From: Podarcis filfolensis
Taxonomy: Eukaryota
DNA length: 64,000 nt
Strand: one strand, 5' to 3'
Assembly (NCBI GenBank): GCA_964270895.1
Contig: OZ185438.1
Shown: positions 12,473 to 26,324 of the stretch, piece by piece
How positions within the stretch are numbered: position 1 is the stretch's first letter
Layout: each line of letters begins with the position of its first letter
The notes under the pieces: model-generated
The model's input: only the letters and a program-made list of their open reading frames with translations
Database searches by the model: none
What the model was told of the DNA's origin: nothing
Position numbers and translations under genes: made by a program

Positions 12473-14639
12473 CCAGAAACTGACTCATGGTCATCTAGTG
12501 AGCATGGTGGCTGGACAGGCATTTGAACCCTGTTCTCCTCAGCCTTACACAGTACTCTATGGGTAATCAGTGGCTACTAGCCACAATGGCTATTCTCTGC
12601 CTCCACCATGATTCTTCTGAATACCAGTTGTTGAAAATCACAGGAAGGGAGGAAGGAACACATATCTTGTGTTCAGGTCCTGTTTGTGGGTTTTCCACAG
12701 GCATCTGATTAGCCGCTGTGAGAATATGTTGCTGGACTAGATGGGCCACTGCCCTGATCCAGCAGTTTTTTCTTATGTTGTTAATGTCCGATGATAATGT
12801 GACCAATGGTTCCCGGAAAAGACAATTTACTTCAGGTAATGTTATACAGGTATGTAGATAACTGACAATTTGGTGATAAGGGTATCCAAGTCTGTTGGTG
12901 CTCCTCTCATCATTAACTACCTTTGTAAAATGGTAGATACGATTTGTGCCTCTTATCTGTGTAATTTAGTGAAATGTGCCTTTGAACATTCCTTGAATTG
13001 CCATTAAAGTATCCATTTAAAACACTCCAGATCATTCAAGCTGTGTCATTTTTATGTCTATTGAAGGGCAATTTGTCTGCTGCAAATTACACCCTCCCTG
13101 CAAATGCATATACGCACAGCTTTTAGGAAACATGTCAGAGCTCTGTAAAGGAGGACGTTGTGACAGCTCTAGATGCTAATGACCTTGGCGCAGGGAGAGG
13201 GGGAGGGAGGCATTTGGACAGAAGGACGAAGCTCTCACAAGTGCAGCAATGGGTGCACACAGAATTTTGCTATGTTTGTGGCTCTCTGAATTGAAGCAAG
13301 CATGATATGTGCACAACTCTGGGGGAGTTGGGTGCTCAGATTCTTTCTTGGGGGTGGGTGTTTGAGGAGGGACGGCCAAATGGCAATGTGGCACTCAGGA
13401 ATGCCCGGCTCTCTCTGAACTCAGCAGGAGCCAGGGCATTCCTCAAAACAATGCTGCTTACCTGGCTTCTCCAGAAAGGGCAGGGAAGATGAACATCTAT
13501 GACGCATGCTGGAGAGCCTCCCTCTCGAGAGTGGAAGTGGTGGGGTGGGTGGAGGACTGCCTCTTGCACTTCTGCCTGAGGTGGGTGCTTCACCTCGACT
13601 CATGGGTAGGCTGCCTCCGGCTCCAAGAAGCATTGGAGAAAAGACATGACTTTGTATCCCCAACATTAGTATCCATGTAGAAATCTCTCTCTTTGGTGCA
13701 GAAAGAAGTACCTCAGGTTGAAGTTCCTGTTGTGTGTTATGGCTCCAATGCAGAATGGCCTTTTGCATTGTGCAGCCCACTTCTTCTGCAAGTGGATCAG
13801 CCTTGCTGCTTTGGGGCATTTAGGGGGAACCTTTTATTGGCTTGCGAAGTGGTTATATTGTTCCGCAGCTGCTATCTTCAATCACTTAACATTGCCTTGT
13901 GCTGTGTTCCAAAACTTCACACAGAGAAAAGCACTTCTCATGACTGTGGGAGCTGCAAATGGGATTTCGACTAAAAGACTTTCATTAAAATTGGCAGTGT
14001 CCTGCTGCTTGCTGACATGATGCTCCTGCTGGAAGCAACATCTTTCTTTTGCTGCGGAATAAATTTATACATCCAATTTCTTCCTACTTTTTGATGTTTC
14101 TGACAACCAGCTCAAACTTAACAGAAGTAAACTTAAATCTTTCTGTAAAGTAGATACAGTGAAGAACATGCTGAGCTTTAGCTGCAAGGACAAAACCATT
14201 CTTCTCAGAACACTGGGCTGAATCCAAGTACTGTTGCCATAGAACTGCTGTGTGTGAATAAGTGCCCTGAGTCAGAGAAGATGTGACACTATGGATCTGT
14301 TGTTTGAAAAGCCAGCAGTATGAGCTGGAACATCTCAATTTCATATTGTTTATCTCTGCGAATAGGGATATAAATACCCAAGGATTTCTTTCATTAATTA
14401 TGTTGACTGGTTCTGTTTTTGCTGAAACCAGGCTATGAACAGGTGTAAACATTACAATTCCAAGACCGTTGTGTAGCATATTGGTTACTAGATATATAAT
14501 TGGTTGCAGACCATTGTGTTGCATAGTAAATGTTGGCTTCAAAAATACTCTACAGTGACATTGCAGGGCTCCTCACACTCATCAGGATATCAAAGAACTA
14601 GAAAAATTGCAAAAATATTGGCAACCAACAGCAGTAGAC

Positions 14640-14870
14640 AGCATGGTTGGCGGGGGGGGGGTGATGCTCATCTGACCTCTGGTTCGTCACATCCCTGCCT
14701 TTTAGGGGGAAGGGAGAGGCAGTGGCAAGTTCAGCATGATGCAAACACACTGCCTGGAACACTGCAATGGTCTGCACCATGCTGACCTTGCTGCCACCTC
14801 TCCACCCCATTATGTAGCTGTGATGCAACCAACTGGAGGTCAAATGACTGGCATCACCCCACCACGGCAT
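14640..14870. repeat. Imperfect inverted-repeat element (old MITE-like)
   Basis: ggggtgatgc-tcatctgacctctggtt versus the reverse complement of aactggaggtcaaatgactggcatcacccc. Confidence 0.45.
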
Positions 14871-15169
14871 CCGCTACAAGCATCTAAAAGAATCAGGCAG
14901 ATGTAGCATCTTCTCTAAGAGGAAAAGCTATGATATTCAGGGATCTTTCATTTAGAAAAAGGCAACTTCGTGAACTAAACATGCATGAATTGGGGGAATT
15001 ATAGTTTTGCAGGAAGGGACTTGCCTCAGCAACAGGTGAGGGAAGGGTCAAATATTCTCACCCGCTGCCCCCCACCTCTTCTCCACTTTGCATTGCAAGA
15101 GCAAGCTGTCAAGCTTTTTCAAAATTCGTTGTTACCCAATAGCAGTACAGACTGGGGTGGGGTGGGGTG

Positions 15170-15595
15170 CAGTGGCGTAGCGTGGGGGGTGCAGGGGGGG
15201 TCGGCTGCACCGGGCGCAACATCTGGGGGGGGGCGCTCGCACTCGCAGCTCTCTGCCCCTACCTGGCTCACTCACTCTCTCTCACTGCAGTGCTGGCTGT
15301 GCGAATCCGATCCGAGCTGCTGGGTCGCCGCCCACTGTGGAGGGGGTGGGTGCCAGGCGTGCGGTGCGGAGAGAGAGCGAGGGACTATCTGGGGAAGGGA
15401 CAGTGCAGCGGCCGCCCAGCGCAGCGCTGAGCGCGGGAGAGAACCACACCAGACCAGACCAGGCAGCAGCAAGAAGAAGCTGGCAGCGGCGGCAGGTTAG
15501 GGGTTAGGGGGCGCAAATTACTTGCCTTGCCCCGGGTTAGGGGGCGCAAATTACTTGCCTTGCCCCGGGTGCTGACAACCCACGCTACGCCACTG
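15170..15595. mobile_element. hAT-type MITE, long copy
   Basis: TIR CAGTGGCGTAGCGTGGG; perfect 8-bp TSD GTGGGGTG (15162-15169, 15596-15603); CpG-rich. Confidence 0.9.
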
Positions 15596-16472
15596 GTGGG
15601 GTGAGAACTGTCGTCCAAAGGGATTGGAAAGCCACCAAGAAGGCTTGTTTCAGACTCTCATAGAGACCAATACTAAGACACTGATGCAGGCTTGGCCTAT
15701 TTGTTTTGTGTATTTACAGACGGGCTGGTGGCATCTGTTCATAGTTCATGTTCCCAGAGTCAGCTTCTTGATAGGCATGGCTGAGTGTTTACTCTGTCAA
15801 CACTGTGAAAAGGGGTAGGCAAATCAGTCTGTTCCAGTTCATGCCTCTTTCACATTTGTTGATGCATAAATCTGTCTTGTCCCTTTTCTACAGTCAACCA
15901 TGTTTTAAATCCACGCTTTTAAACATTTTAAACACATATTTTTGCACATTTCTAAACTTATTTTGATAGTCTCTCTCTTTTGAGCAGAGAACTGCATCAG
16001 TACATTCTGTAGAAGAGCCAGGGGACAACTTAGTTCCAATTCACACATTAATCTGGGAGGGAAGGGTCAGATTGGTTGCAGGTTTTTCTGTCCTATCTAG
16101 GACACCACTGATATTTGTGGTGATGATTAAAAATATATATATCCAGCCCAGCTCTCTGAAGGGGAGGCAAATTGTCCTTTCCCTCATCAACTGATGGATA
16201 ATTTGATGGATGGGGAGAGGATGATACTCCTCTCCTTGGCTGATCCATGCAGATCAGCTGAAGAGGTGGGGCTCCATGCTTCTCTGTGGACTTGCCTGTG
16301 GACTTGCATGAGTGGTAACATCTACTATTGCCATGTAACCCCTAGCAGGTTGGCCAAGGGTGACAGAAAGAGTTAGCCACCCCTGCCATAAGCAACTACA
16401 AAATATGAATGATATCCACCTCATCCAGTAAACCCATTGATATCCATGGATGTAAATGCATTGGGTATCACC

Positions 16473-16890
16473 TGTTAGGATTTTTATCTATCCGAGCTGC
16501 TCCAGAGAGTGGTACTATGATTGTATAAATCATGTGAGTGTCTGAGAGAGCGTGAGAAAGGAAGTCTGTATTATCTTTTCCTTCTGAGTACTATTGAAAG
16601 TTAGTTTCACTTCTGTGTGTGTCGCAGGTTTCTGTACTGGTGTTCAGAGAGCACAGACGTACTGGTGGAGTCTCTGTATATAAGACTGTAAATAAAGTAG
16701 TTTTAGAACTACAATTGAATCTTTTTTCTACCATGATATACCAGAAGACTGGCATGCTCTGTTCAGGAGAGAAGGATCGATTATTACTAGCTACTCTGGA
16801 CTGAAGGAGATTTACAGCCAGAGAGAGCCACCGGAGAGACGCTCCGAAGACTTGGGAAGCTTGCAGCCTTCCCAGGGCATTTTTCCAACA
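16473..16890 (+). mobile_element. Solo LTR (418 bp), intergenic
   Basis: TGTT...AACA termini; perfect 5-bp TSD TCACC (16468-16472, 16891-16895); TATA-like tatataag at 16677 and AATAAA at 16691. Confidence 0.85.
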
Positions 16891-17538
16891 TCACCCTGTG
16901 TTCACACCTTGACCAAATCAATGCACCGTGGAATGCAGGGACTGCCAACAATTATAAACAACAAAAGACATTCAGTGTGGCAATGTTTATTCCTTTGAGT
17001 TGAACTTTTAAAAAGGTTCACAGCTGCCAGATAAAAATATCTAGAACAGAAAAAGCAACATAATAAGGGACTCAAGACGAGATAGCCACCACAGAGGCAC
17101 TTAAGAAAATGCCACAATCATGTAAGGCACAAACAAACCATGACTGACTGAATCCATATCTTGATACTGTGATGTTACACTTGTACAAAACAGATACGAC
17201 GACTAGTACTAGTATGTGATCAAAGGAGGAGAAAGCTCAGCTGCAGGTTAGGTCAGTATAATTTATTTAATTTAAAACCCCCTTTATAAAAACCTGCTTT
17301 GAAGATTTTCGCTTTTATTTCCACTGGAACAGAAGCTCAGCCGTTAATAAGGTTTCAGGGAAGAAGATGCTGGAAGGAATATTATGTTTAATCAATGGGT
17401 ACATTTACTTAGGGAGAACTGTTAACTTTAAATTGCACTGTTCAAACTTGCCCAGGTCTCCTGTGGATTAACTCTTCCAGTTTTCAAGCACACACTTTCC
17501 TAGTGTGTTGTAATTTTTCCTTTTCTGTGAAGCAAATA

Positions 17539-17924
17539 CCGTATTTTTCGCCCTATAGGATGCACTTTTCCCCCTCCAAAAATGAAGGGGAAATGTGTGT
17601 GTGTCCTACAGGGCGAATTCAGGCTTTCGCTGAAGCCTGGAGAGTTGCTGCAGCCTGCAGCCCGAAGCACGGGGCACCCTCCGGAGGGCACCCCGTGCTT
17701 CGCGCAGATGTCCGCAAGCCTTGCGCGCCCGGCGGGAGTTGCCGCCGGGCTCGCAAGGCTTGCGGATAGCAGCCTGTTCCTGGGGCTGGGGTCGGGGGAA
17801 GCTCGGGCTTCCCCTGCCCCACCCCCACGGCGGGGGGGGGGAATAATTTTTTTAAATTCATTTCCCCCCCAAAAAACGAGGTGCGTCCTATGGGCCGGTG
17901 CGCCCTATAGGGCGAAAAATATGG
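17539..17924. mobile_element. Tc1/mariner-type (TA-target) MITE, copy 1
   Basis: TIR CCGTATTTTTCGCCCTATAGG; TA TSD on both sides; GC-rich palindromic core. Confidence 0.88.
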
Positions 17925-19896
17925 TATTTTATTTCTCCACTCTTCAAAATAGGCTTAAACTTTAGAAGCCTGCCTCTGCACACCGTTCTTATAGCACAGT
18001 AATATTCTAGACTAATTTTATGCTAGTTTCAGTTCCATAAACTGAACCTCTTGGGGGAATGGGACTTTCCAGAAGATGAAATCAGCTAGAGGAAGTAGAG
18101 TCCATCCCTTTAGGATAAAATAGAGCCCTTCTCTTTCTGAGAGTGTTAATGAGCATGTGGGACCTTTCTGAAAAGTGAGCTACTATTTAAAAAACCACTG
18201 CAGATTTGGACAGGCCAACATCCAAGATGGTGTTGCCTAAAACAGAGGAAAATATTAATTACCATGTGCATGCGTTTTTGTGGCAAGGATGCAGACATAT
18301 AAAGTTTTTAAAGTGTTAATTTTCGAGTTTGAAAAACTGAAATTTTACTCATGGACAGCCTTCTAGTGTCGCAGCCTTTAGGAGATGCATGCTAAATGTT
18401 CTTCAGATATCACGGTATTGCAACTTTTTCTGCACTTCTCCATATCTGCTGCCAGGATATTCCTACCAGATGAAACTTAGTTAAAACATCTGAAAAAAAT
18501 GTAAGTGCCATGCAGACACCACTGCTCATACAGGCCCTTCAGAGCAGATCCCCATGCAGATCAGCTGGGGCAAGTACAACTTCAACCCAGTGTGGACACG
18601 CAGGGATCAGACCTCAAAGACAGATAAGAGTAGACATACTTGAAGCTGGCTGCTTATAGGTATGTTAAGTTAATCTCTATACGAACAGGTCAGCGGTTTC
18701 AAAATGCTGGCATTGGTCTTCTCTCCAGCACTTAATAATCTGCTTGATTTCCACTGATAATTAGAATTCAGGTGTTATCTTGAAACAGGACATCTTGCAG
18801 CAAAGATGGCAGTGTTTCTAAAGCCTTTAACAGGGTATTGCCAGAATATTCATCTGACTCAGTGCAGAGAGGGGCCCTTTAATGAACTATGCACCAATTC
18901 TCACTGCCAAGTGCAACAGCTGATTTTTCTGACCCCTTTGACATTTAAAACAGCAATACAATAGTTACAGCTCTGCAGTATATGAACAGATACAATGGCT
19001 TTCAAATGCATTGATATAAGGGGCAATTAGTGCACACTTAGCAGCACCTTTTTCTCTTCATTGTCTCCTGGGCTCTCCATGTTCCTTCCCCTCCAGTTTT
19101 TGCAACCTTATCTTTAACCTGTAGGACAGCACCATAGTCATTTACAGAAAAGATACAGCGAAATGTTGCCGTGCTCCTCTTATTCAACAGCCTTCATCAA
19201 CATCAATGGTGCACAGAGTCCTTAGTTCACTATGTCCTAAGTGTCACTTTCCCACAATTTGACATATTGATCTGAGTACTGCAATTGACAGTGGGGCATG
19301 CCTCTATGCCAAAATAGTTGAATTCATTATCCACAACACACACACACATGCACACGTGCGCACGCACACACACAGCCTTCAATAAACAAATGAAGTGATG
19401 AATGGATTGTCTGGCTCCCTCGAAAGATGCTGGCATTGTAGCCTGCTGCCCATTCCAGAATTGGGCATGTACACACACACACACACACACCCTTTGGTGA
19501 TGTGGCTCAACAAGGGCCATCCAAACTGTGGCACTAGGGTTAACTTACAATAAGCACCCTGGTTAAATAAAACACTGACCCAGACATTCATTAAAAAATA
19601 TTGTAGCCATAGCAGCATACATGCTGTCTTTACTGAATCACTGAAGTGCAGTTTTAAAATTGTGTCAGATTTCCAATCACATATCACAGAGAGTCAAGTG
19701 GCACTGCACAGAACAAGCACTTACTTTAAAATGTCATCAAACTCCATGCTGTGTTATGTGCCTTACAGTCCTATAATGCCTTTCAGAGGAAGTAATTAAA
19801 TTCCTAGTGTGAAGGGAAATCTCTGTCATGCCCTTCTTGTAAGCTCCACAGAGGCACCTAGCTAACCAATGGAGGCTGCAGTCCTAGATCCACTTA

Positions 19897-20251
19897 AAAA
19901 GGTAAAGGTAAAGGACCCCTGGCAGTTAAGTCCAGTAGCGAATGACTCTGAGGTTGCGGTGCTCATCTCGCTTTACTGGCCGAGGGAGCCGACGTTTGTC
20001 CGCAGACAGTTTTTCCAGGTCATGTGGCCAGCATGACTAAGCCACTTCTGGCAAAACGAGAGCAGCGCACGGAAACGCCGTTTACCTTCCTGCCGGAGTG
20101 GTACCTATTTATCTACTTACACTTTGAGGTGCTTTCGAACTGCTAGGTTGGCAGGAGCAGAGACCGAGCAAGGGGAGCTCACCCCGTTGCGGGGATTCGA
20201 ACTGCCGACCTTCCAATCGGCAAGCCCTAGGCTCTGTGGTTTAGACCACAG
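19897..20251 (-). mobile_element. Sauria-type SINE
   Basis: Reverse complement of the tRNA-derived head (ggttcgaatccccgc), body gcaagtagataaataggtacc and (CCTTTA)n tail; inserted in an older palindromic repeat. Confidence 0.9.
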
Positions 20252-23200
20252 AGTAAATCCCACCAAACTCAGTGGCACTTACTTCTAAGCAGACATGTGC
20301 AGGCTTGCACCACACATTGATAGAGTACAACCTTAGATTGACATTTCATCTGAGGATCCAAGCAAGGCAACCTCTGTGTTCTTTTCCTGTAATGTTGTAC
20401 GACATCATACACATTTTTGTCCATAAACAAGAAATAGGATGCTAGTTAAAGTATGATGCAAAACAGTCGGTTGTAAGTTAACGAAACACACCTCAACAGA
20501 TTAAGACGCTGTCATTTTATGAAGTCTAACACAATTTATGAGGTGACAGCTTAACAGTTTGCATCTTCCTTCTCCCATCTGACCCTGATTTTGGTTCTGA
20601 ACTCTCAGAGAAGTTTATAAATTCATGAGAATAAAACACGCTGCTCTTAAAGATGTTGGTCCTAGCCTTAGAGGGGGGATTGCAACATGCTGAGTGCCCA
20701 GTATTTGGCTTGTAAAACCCTCCTCTTCTCCTTTCCCCACATTATCTTAGGTATGATCAGCATTTATCAGCTCTGAAAGATTAATCACTTGGTAGATAAG
20801 AAGGTTGAAGAAAACATCATCCCTGTATTGACCCCAGTTCTTGTTTTCTCCTCAGCTAAAGAGGTGATTGGAGATGGCAGGCACTTTAAATTCTTTGCAT
20901 GGTGCTGGAGCTTAGCGGTACCCGCACCATGTGTTGGCTTGGGGTTTTCCCATAGCAACCTTTTATACTGTTAGTGTAAATTCATGCCCAGAAACTTGTT
21001 TCCATTCATGGATTGATGTAGAAGAAAGTTATATTGAAATATGTGGGACATGCTTCCAAGAAATGTTGCTGAAAGAACAGAAGTTCAGCAAGTTCAACCT
21101 TTTGCCTAAAGGCAGGATCATTCATCCACCAAATCTCATAGGCCAACTTCCAGACCAGAGGTAAGACTTTAATGTGCAACCGATTTCTGTTTCTGAAAAG
21201 CAGTTGCATTCTCTCCCCCTCCCACCAAAAAAATCTCCACATTCTCATTTTTCTCAAGAAATGAGGAACTGAAGAAGGCGGGGAAACAAAACATTTGAGG
21301 AAAAGAATGATTAAATGGAAGAGCTGAGGATTGTTGAGAGTGTTTGAGTGCTTTTTTGAAAATGATCAAGAAGTAATTCACAACCCAGTTTTTCATGCCT
21401 GATGGGTGAATTTATGTGACTGCTACATCATAACTTAGTTAGAACAGGGGAAAGGGGTGCAGTAAAGGAAATCACATTTTGCATAAAATGTGCTGTCTTT
21501 GTTCCCCACCTCCCTCAATTCTGCCAAATACTCCTAGGGCTGCATGCTTACTTACAACAGCATAAGGAAATGCTTCTTTATGGGATACTAAAGCAGAACA
21601 AACCACAAGCAGCTGTATGTTCACCTTCCCCTCCTCTCTATAAACTAAATATTACAGGTGCTACAGATCCTCTCATACTACCTGAACGGCCGTCACTGAC
21701 ACCCAAGTTATACATAGGAAGAAACCCAGAGCTTCTGTGGTCTCGTATCTCTTTCCTCTCCATTCTTTGTAATTTCTAACAAAACCAGTGTATAAAGCAA
21801 GGTTCGGTGAGCCTTTGGCTCTCCAGATGCTGCAGAACTGCAACTCCCATCATCCCTGAATATTGCTGGTGATTGCTGGGACTGATGGCACTCATAATTC
21901 AGCAACAACTGGAGGGTGCCCCATCCCTGGTATAAAGTGACCTCAGGTTGGTCATTTCTTTGACCCCCTGCCTCACATTATTGTCAGGAAAACTCACTGT
22001 GCTAAAATGTCACATTGCATTATATTTTATAATGTCTAATACATTACTGAAAAACAAAACAAAGCAAAAACCAAACCCAGATAGCAAAGAGGCACACAGC
22101 TAATGTCCCATCTCTTTAGCCCAAAGACAAGTGTTTATGATGCTTCCAAAAGATGACTGGACTGTGGCAAAGCTCTGAGAGGATGAACTATGAAGCACAA
22201 ATGTAAAATGCTTCATGACAGACCCTGAGGGGAAGAGGCCATTGCTTGGTGGATGAGAAGATGCTTTGCATGCTGACTTTCAGGTTCACTCTCTGACACC
22301 TGTAGCTAAAATGAATTCAGATACCAAGCTGCTACCAGCCGGAGTGGGCAATCTTGGGATAGATGGACCAGTGATCTGACTCTGCAACCTGTTATTATCA
22401 CAGACTTGCCTTCAAAGACCCAACTGTGTGATACATTTTTGCATTTGGGTGAAATAATAATCAGACTTTGACATCCGATTACCATAATGTTCCTTGTTTA
22501 GAAAATATCAATCTGACAAGTGACATTTGTGGAATTATTATTCTTAAGAAAAAAGTTCAATTGAATTCAGTAAGATTTAGTCCCTAGTAAGTGTGCACAG
22601 GAACACTGCCTTGAATTACTAATTTCTTTAATAATTAAAATGGAATTAGCCTCACCACTGTTTTGACGAACAGATTCTAATTAGTGATAAAGCCAAGCAC
22701 ATTCTGATTGATGAAAAGAAGCAATTGAACAGTGCTTGCTCCCTCTGTGAGAAAAAGGGAAGGATCTAGAATTGCTGGCATGGTCCCAGAACCCAGCAGA
22801 GCCTTCAGGAAGATGAGGATATACAGGCTGTCCCGCTTGGGGGAAATCTTTAGCACCACCTCCTACATCATCCCAGCTTGAGGATGTGGTCCTTCCACTT
22901 TCCTTGGGTTCCAAATCTCCAGTAGCATCTCCATCTCTTCCATCTTGTAAACAAACAACAATAGTTCCAAGGGTCAATTAATGGAGCACAGCCAGGTCTT
23001 CCAGGGAGATGGGCAGACAGAACAGACCTTACCAGCTTTCATAATGCTTCAGCCCTTTGCTGAGACAATATCCCTCCACTGCCTGAAACTGGGAAGAGTA
23101 CACTTCTATCAGCAGCCCTCACTGGGTATTCTCTGTGTTTCTGATAAGGCCTATCTGAATCTGGATATTCCTGGTGCAGAACCGGACATGACTCTTACCT

Positions 23201-26200
23201 GATGTGACACTGCTTACTAAAGTGTAATATGGCATGACCTTAATAGAAAATATTTAACTTAGGTAAGGTGGCAACAGGTAAAGTCTGTGATTGCTTTCAC
23301 ATGAGCCCTAAGCCCTGGTGGAACATGATAATTTCAGAACTCCAGTGTTCTTTAAGCTAGAGGTAAAGAACTTTTGGCCTACAACTCCCATTATCCCTGC
23401 CTATTAGCCATGCTGGCTAAGGCTGGTGGGAGTTGAAGCCCAACAACCAATCAGTGACGCGTGCTTTAAACCTTTTCAGTTTCAAGCCAGGAGCCACAAG
23501 GCTGGGTGGGAGAGAGGCCACACATAGACACGTTGACTTCTCATTACTAAAAACCAACATTTACTACTTAAAAACCTGCCCCTCAATTGCCTGAAAACTG
23601 CTTCTGAAGCTTAGGAGAACATGGAAGCAGCCTCCAATAGTGTCACCTGGAAAAGAAAAGGGGGCAGGGGTGGAGGCCACAGTGTGCAACAAGGTACTTT
23701 GCTGTGCCTTGGGAGCCCCCTCAGGTTCTTGCTATTGCCCTAAAATTTCCTCTGTACCCACGAATAAATTGTGGAAAAGTGATCCATTAGGAAAAAAGGG
23801 AAAATAACTTCATAACAGCAGCCCTGGGATATTGTTAACAAACCTAAGTCTGTCCAAAGAATAGAAACAAAAAACATAACACCACCCAAAGGAAGAGGAT
23901 GGTAAATTCATCAGGCCAAAAACTAATAAACCTTGGCATACCATTTTAGTCAAGGGATGTAACTTGGAAGTTAGTATAAATATACATATGTAACTCCCAG
24001 GGAGTCACAATGTCATTAGTAAAAGGTAATCCTAGTTTAGAAAAAAATGAAAAACAACTCTAAGACTTGGAAATCTTTTGGTAAGTACATGACTCTTTCA
24101 TAATACCTGAAAAGAAGCGTCATGTCTGTTCTATGGCTTGTTCCTCTGTGTTTCAAATTCCTAAGAGAAGCTCTCTCAAGTTAAATGGATGCCTCAGTTC
24201 ACAGCGGCACACTGCATAGCCAGAGCACAGAGAAACAGCTTAATTCTTGCCAGAGGCAAGCAACAGACTTCCCAACAGATTGAAATCTGACATTCTGAAA
24301 TGTCATTCTAGTTGGCTATCTTGAATTCATTGGAGCTACTTGAGCAGCAAGATGTTGCAGTTCTATTTTATAGGTGAAAAATGGGCTTCAAGACCCTTCC
24401 CACAGTGTACTTCCTGTGTGCCATCTCATTAGAAACCGAAGCAGAAGCCCCTTCACATATAGAAATAATAAATCATTTTAACCTGACGAGGATGCTAATA
24501 TCAAATAGGAAGTAAACATAGATTTTGGACAACATTAAGTGTTAGTTCCTACTGCAAATCCAGGAAGTGTAAAAGAAAGCTAGTATCATTTTTATAGACT
24601 TTTAAAATAATAGATCTTCAAGATGATGCAAGTATGACAAGGTTCTTGAAAGGACCTTTCCCATAGCCTCAGAGGTAGACATGGACTCCATGTTACGTTT
24701 TAAGATACCTTTCCATATGGTACGGTTGTCAAAATTCAAAATCAAGTATCTATTGCTGAAGCTGGGATCCTGAAAATCATGGTTTCATTTAAAAAATAAG
24801 AAGCAGTAGTCAAGTGTCCAGTACTCATATAGAAAAGCTTAGAAATGTTTGGATGCCTGCATGTTTTTGGAAACCAAAAATCTAAAAGGGAATATCTAGG
24901 GAGCTGCACTCTTGTACCATGCACAGTTCTTTGTCCATCTCAATATTATTTCCTCTCTTTTGCCCACCTACTGCTGAAGTTCATGTTGGTCCCTCCCTGT
25001 GTGAAGTGCAGCACTCGTTTTCTTTCCTCAGCTACTCACAATGTCAGGCGTTTCTAAATGCTCAGGGTACACAAGTCTTCATAACAGTGCAGTGGTCTGA
25101 TTAAGATGACAGACAGGAATCTTTCACAATTCACAAAACAGCGTCAACAAGTTCCATGTGATAATCATCACAATGCTGTTTTGAGAGGCCATTGGCTGAG
25201 AGCAGGCTTTGGCTGTAGAAGCTCCCAGGTTACACCTCCAGCTTAAAGATGTAAGTTGTTGGGCATCTCCTTAAGAACCAGAACCTGTTGGTAGATATTA
25301 CTGGGCTAGATGGACCAATTTTCCGATTCAGTATATGGCTGCTCCTTGTAGATTATCATCTTTGGTAATTTATTCCCTGATTTGTACCGCCAAAGAGATG
25401 AGAAAGGAAAAGCAAGACTGGAAATGACCCCTAACTGGGATTTGCACCTGTATTTAGCCTGAGTTGATAGTTTCCTTCTTCGGATGGAAGGATGTGTCCA
25501 TTTTGGTTCTCTCAAGTTTCACATTTCCCCCGTCTTAAATTCAGTTCTCAACAGCAATTTGCCTTGTTTAAGAAATACTCACGAAAATTCATTGGCATGT
25601 TAGAGCGAATTTCTCCTAATAAACACGAAAGCTTTATGCAACTTTGGCTAATGAACACTTTTTAACAAACCTAATTCCCCATCTGCATTTTAAATGTTTT
25701 TTTTTTTACTAATATCTTCCTCCTAATACCTGCATTATTGTGAACATTGCTTGATTGGACAACTGCACCACAAAAATGCAGGGAACTGTGCTTCGATTCA
25801 CATACTGTTTTGGAAAGTCCAAATCTGAGTGCGTAGTGATTTACACTTTTCCTCTAGTTCTTCATAATGCCACGAGTCAAAGGCAGGAAGTGGCAAGGGG
25901 GAGGGTGTCTAACCAGGAGTCCCAACAGCATCAATGCCCCCCAACCCCCTCGCATGCTTTAATCTGGTCCTGGTATTTTTAATGACCAGATTAAGGCTTG
26001 GCCATGTAAAATAAAATATTTGCAAACACATAACTCAAGCCTTAAAAACGTGTGTTTTCATTTGTTGGGTTCACTCAGGTGTAACTGCTCTTGCATTCTT
26101 GGAGTTAACACATGGTTGAATAGTAGGTTGCCTATGTGTTCTAGAAAATGTGCCATGGAGTGTGGAATCCCTCAAAAAAAAAAGAAAAAGAGAGAGAGAG

Positions 26201-26318
26201 ACCCCTTCCAGCTTTTTGACAACCCTTCTCTGCAAAAACAACAACCCCAAGAACAGAAACCAAAATGTACTTCTGAAGAAATAGACCCCTAAATTTGTGT
26301 AGAATGTTGACCCTGGAA

Positions 26319-26324
26319 TTTATT
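26319..26324 (-). promoter_or_regulatory. Candidate MAOB polyadenylation signal
   Basis: AATAAA on the - strand about 400 nt after the stop, followed by a GU/U-rich tract (- strand of 26234-26266: ttttggtttctgttcttggggttgttgttttt). Confidence 0.5.

Noticed and set aside
14084-14542. 152-aa - strand ORF
   Set aside because: AT-rich, non-ATG start, no recognisable motif.
14985-15618. 171-aa and overlapping GC-rich ORFs
   Set aside because: They run through the hAT MITE; open frames reflect GC richness.
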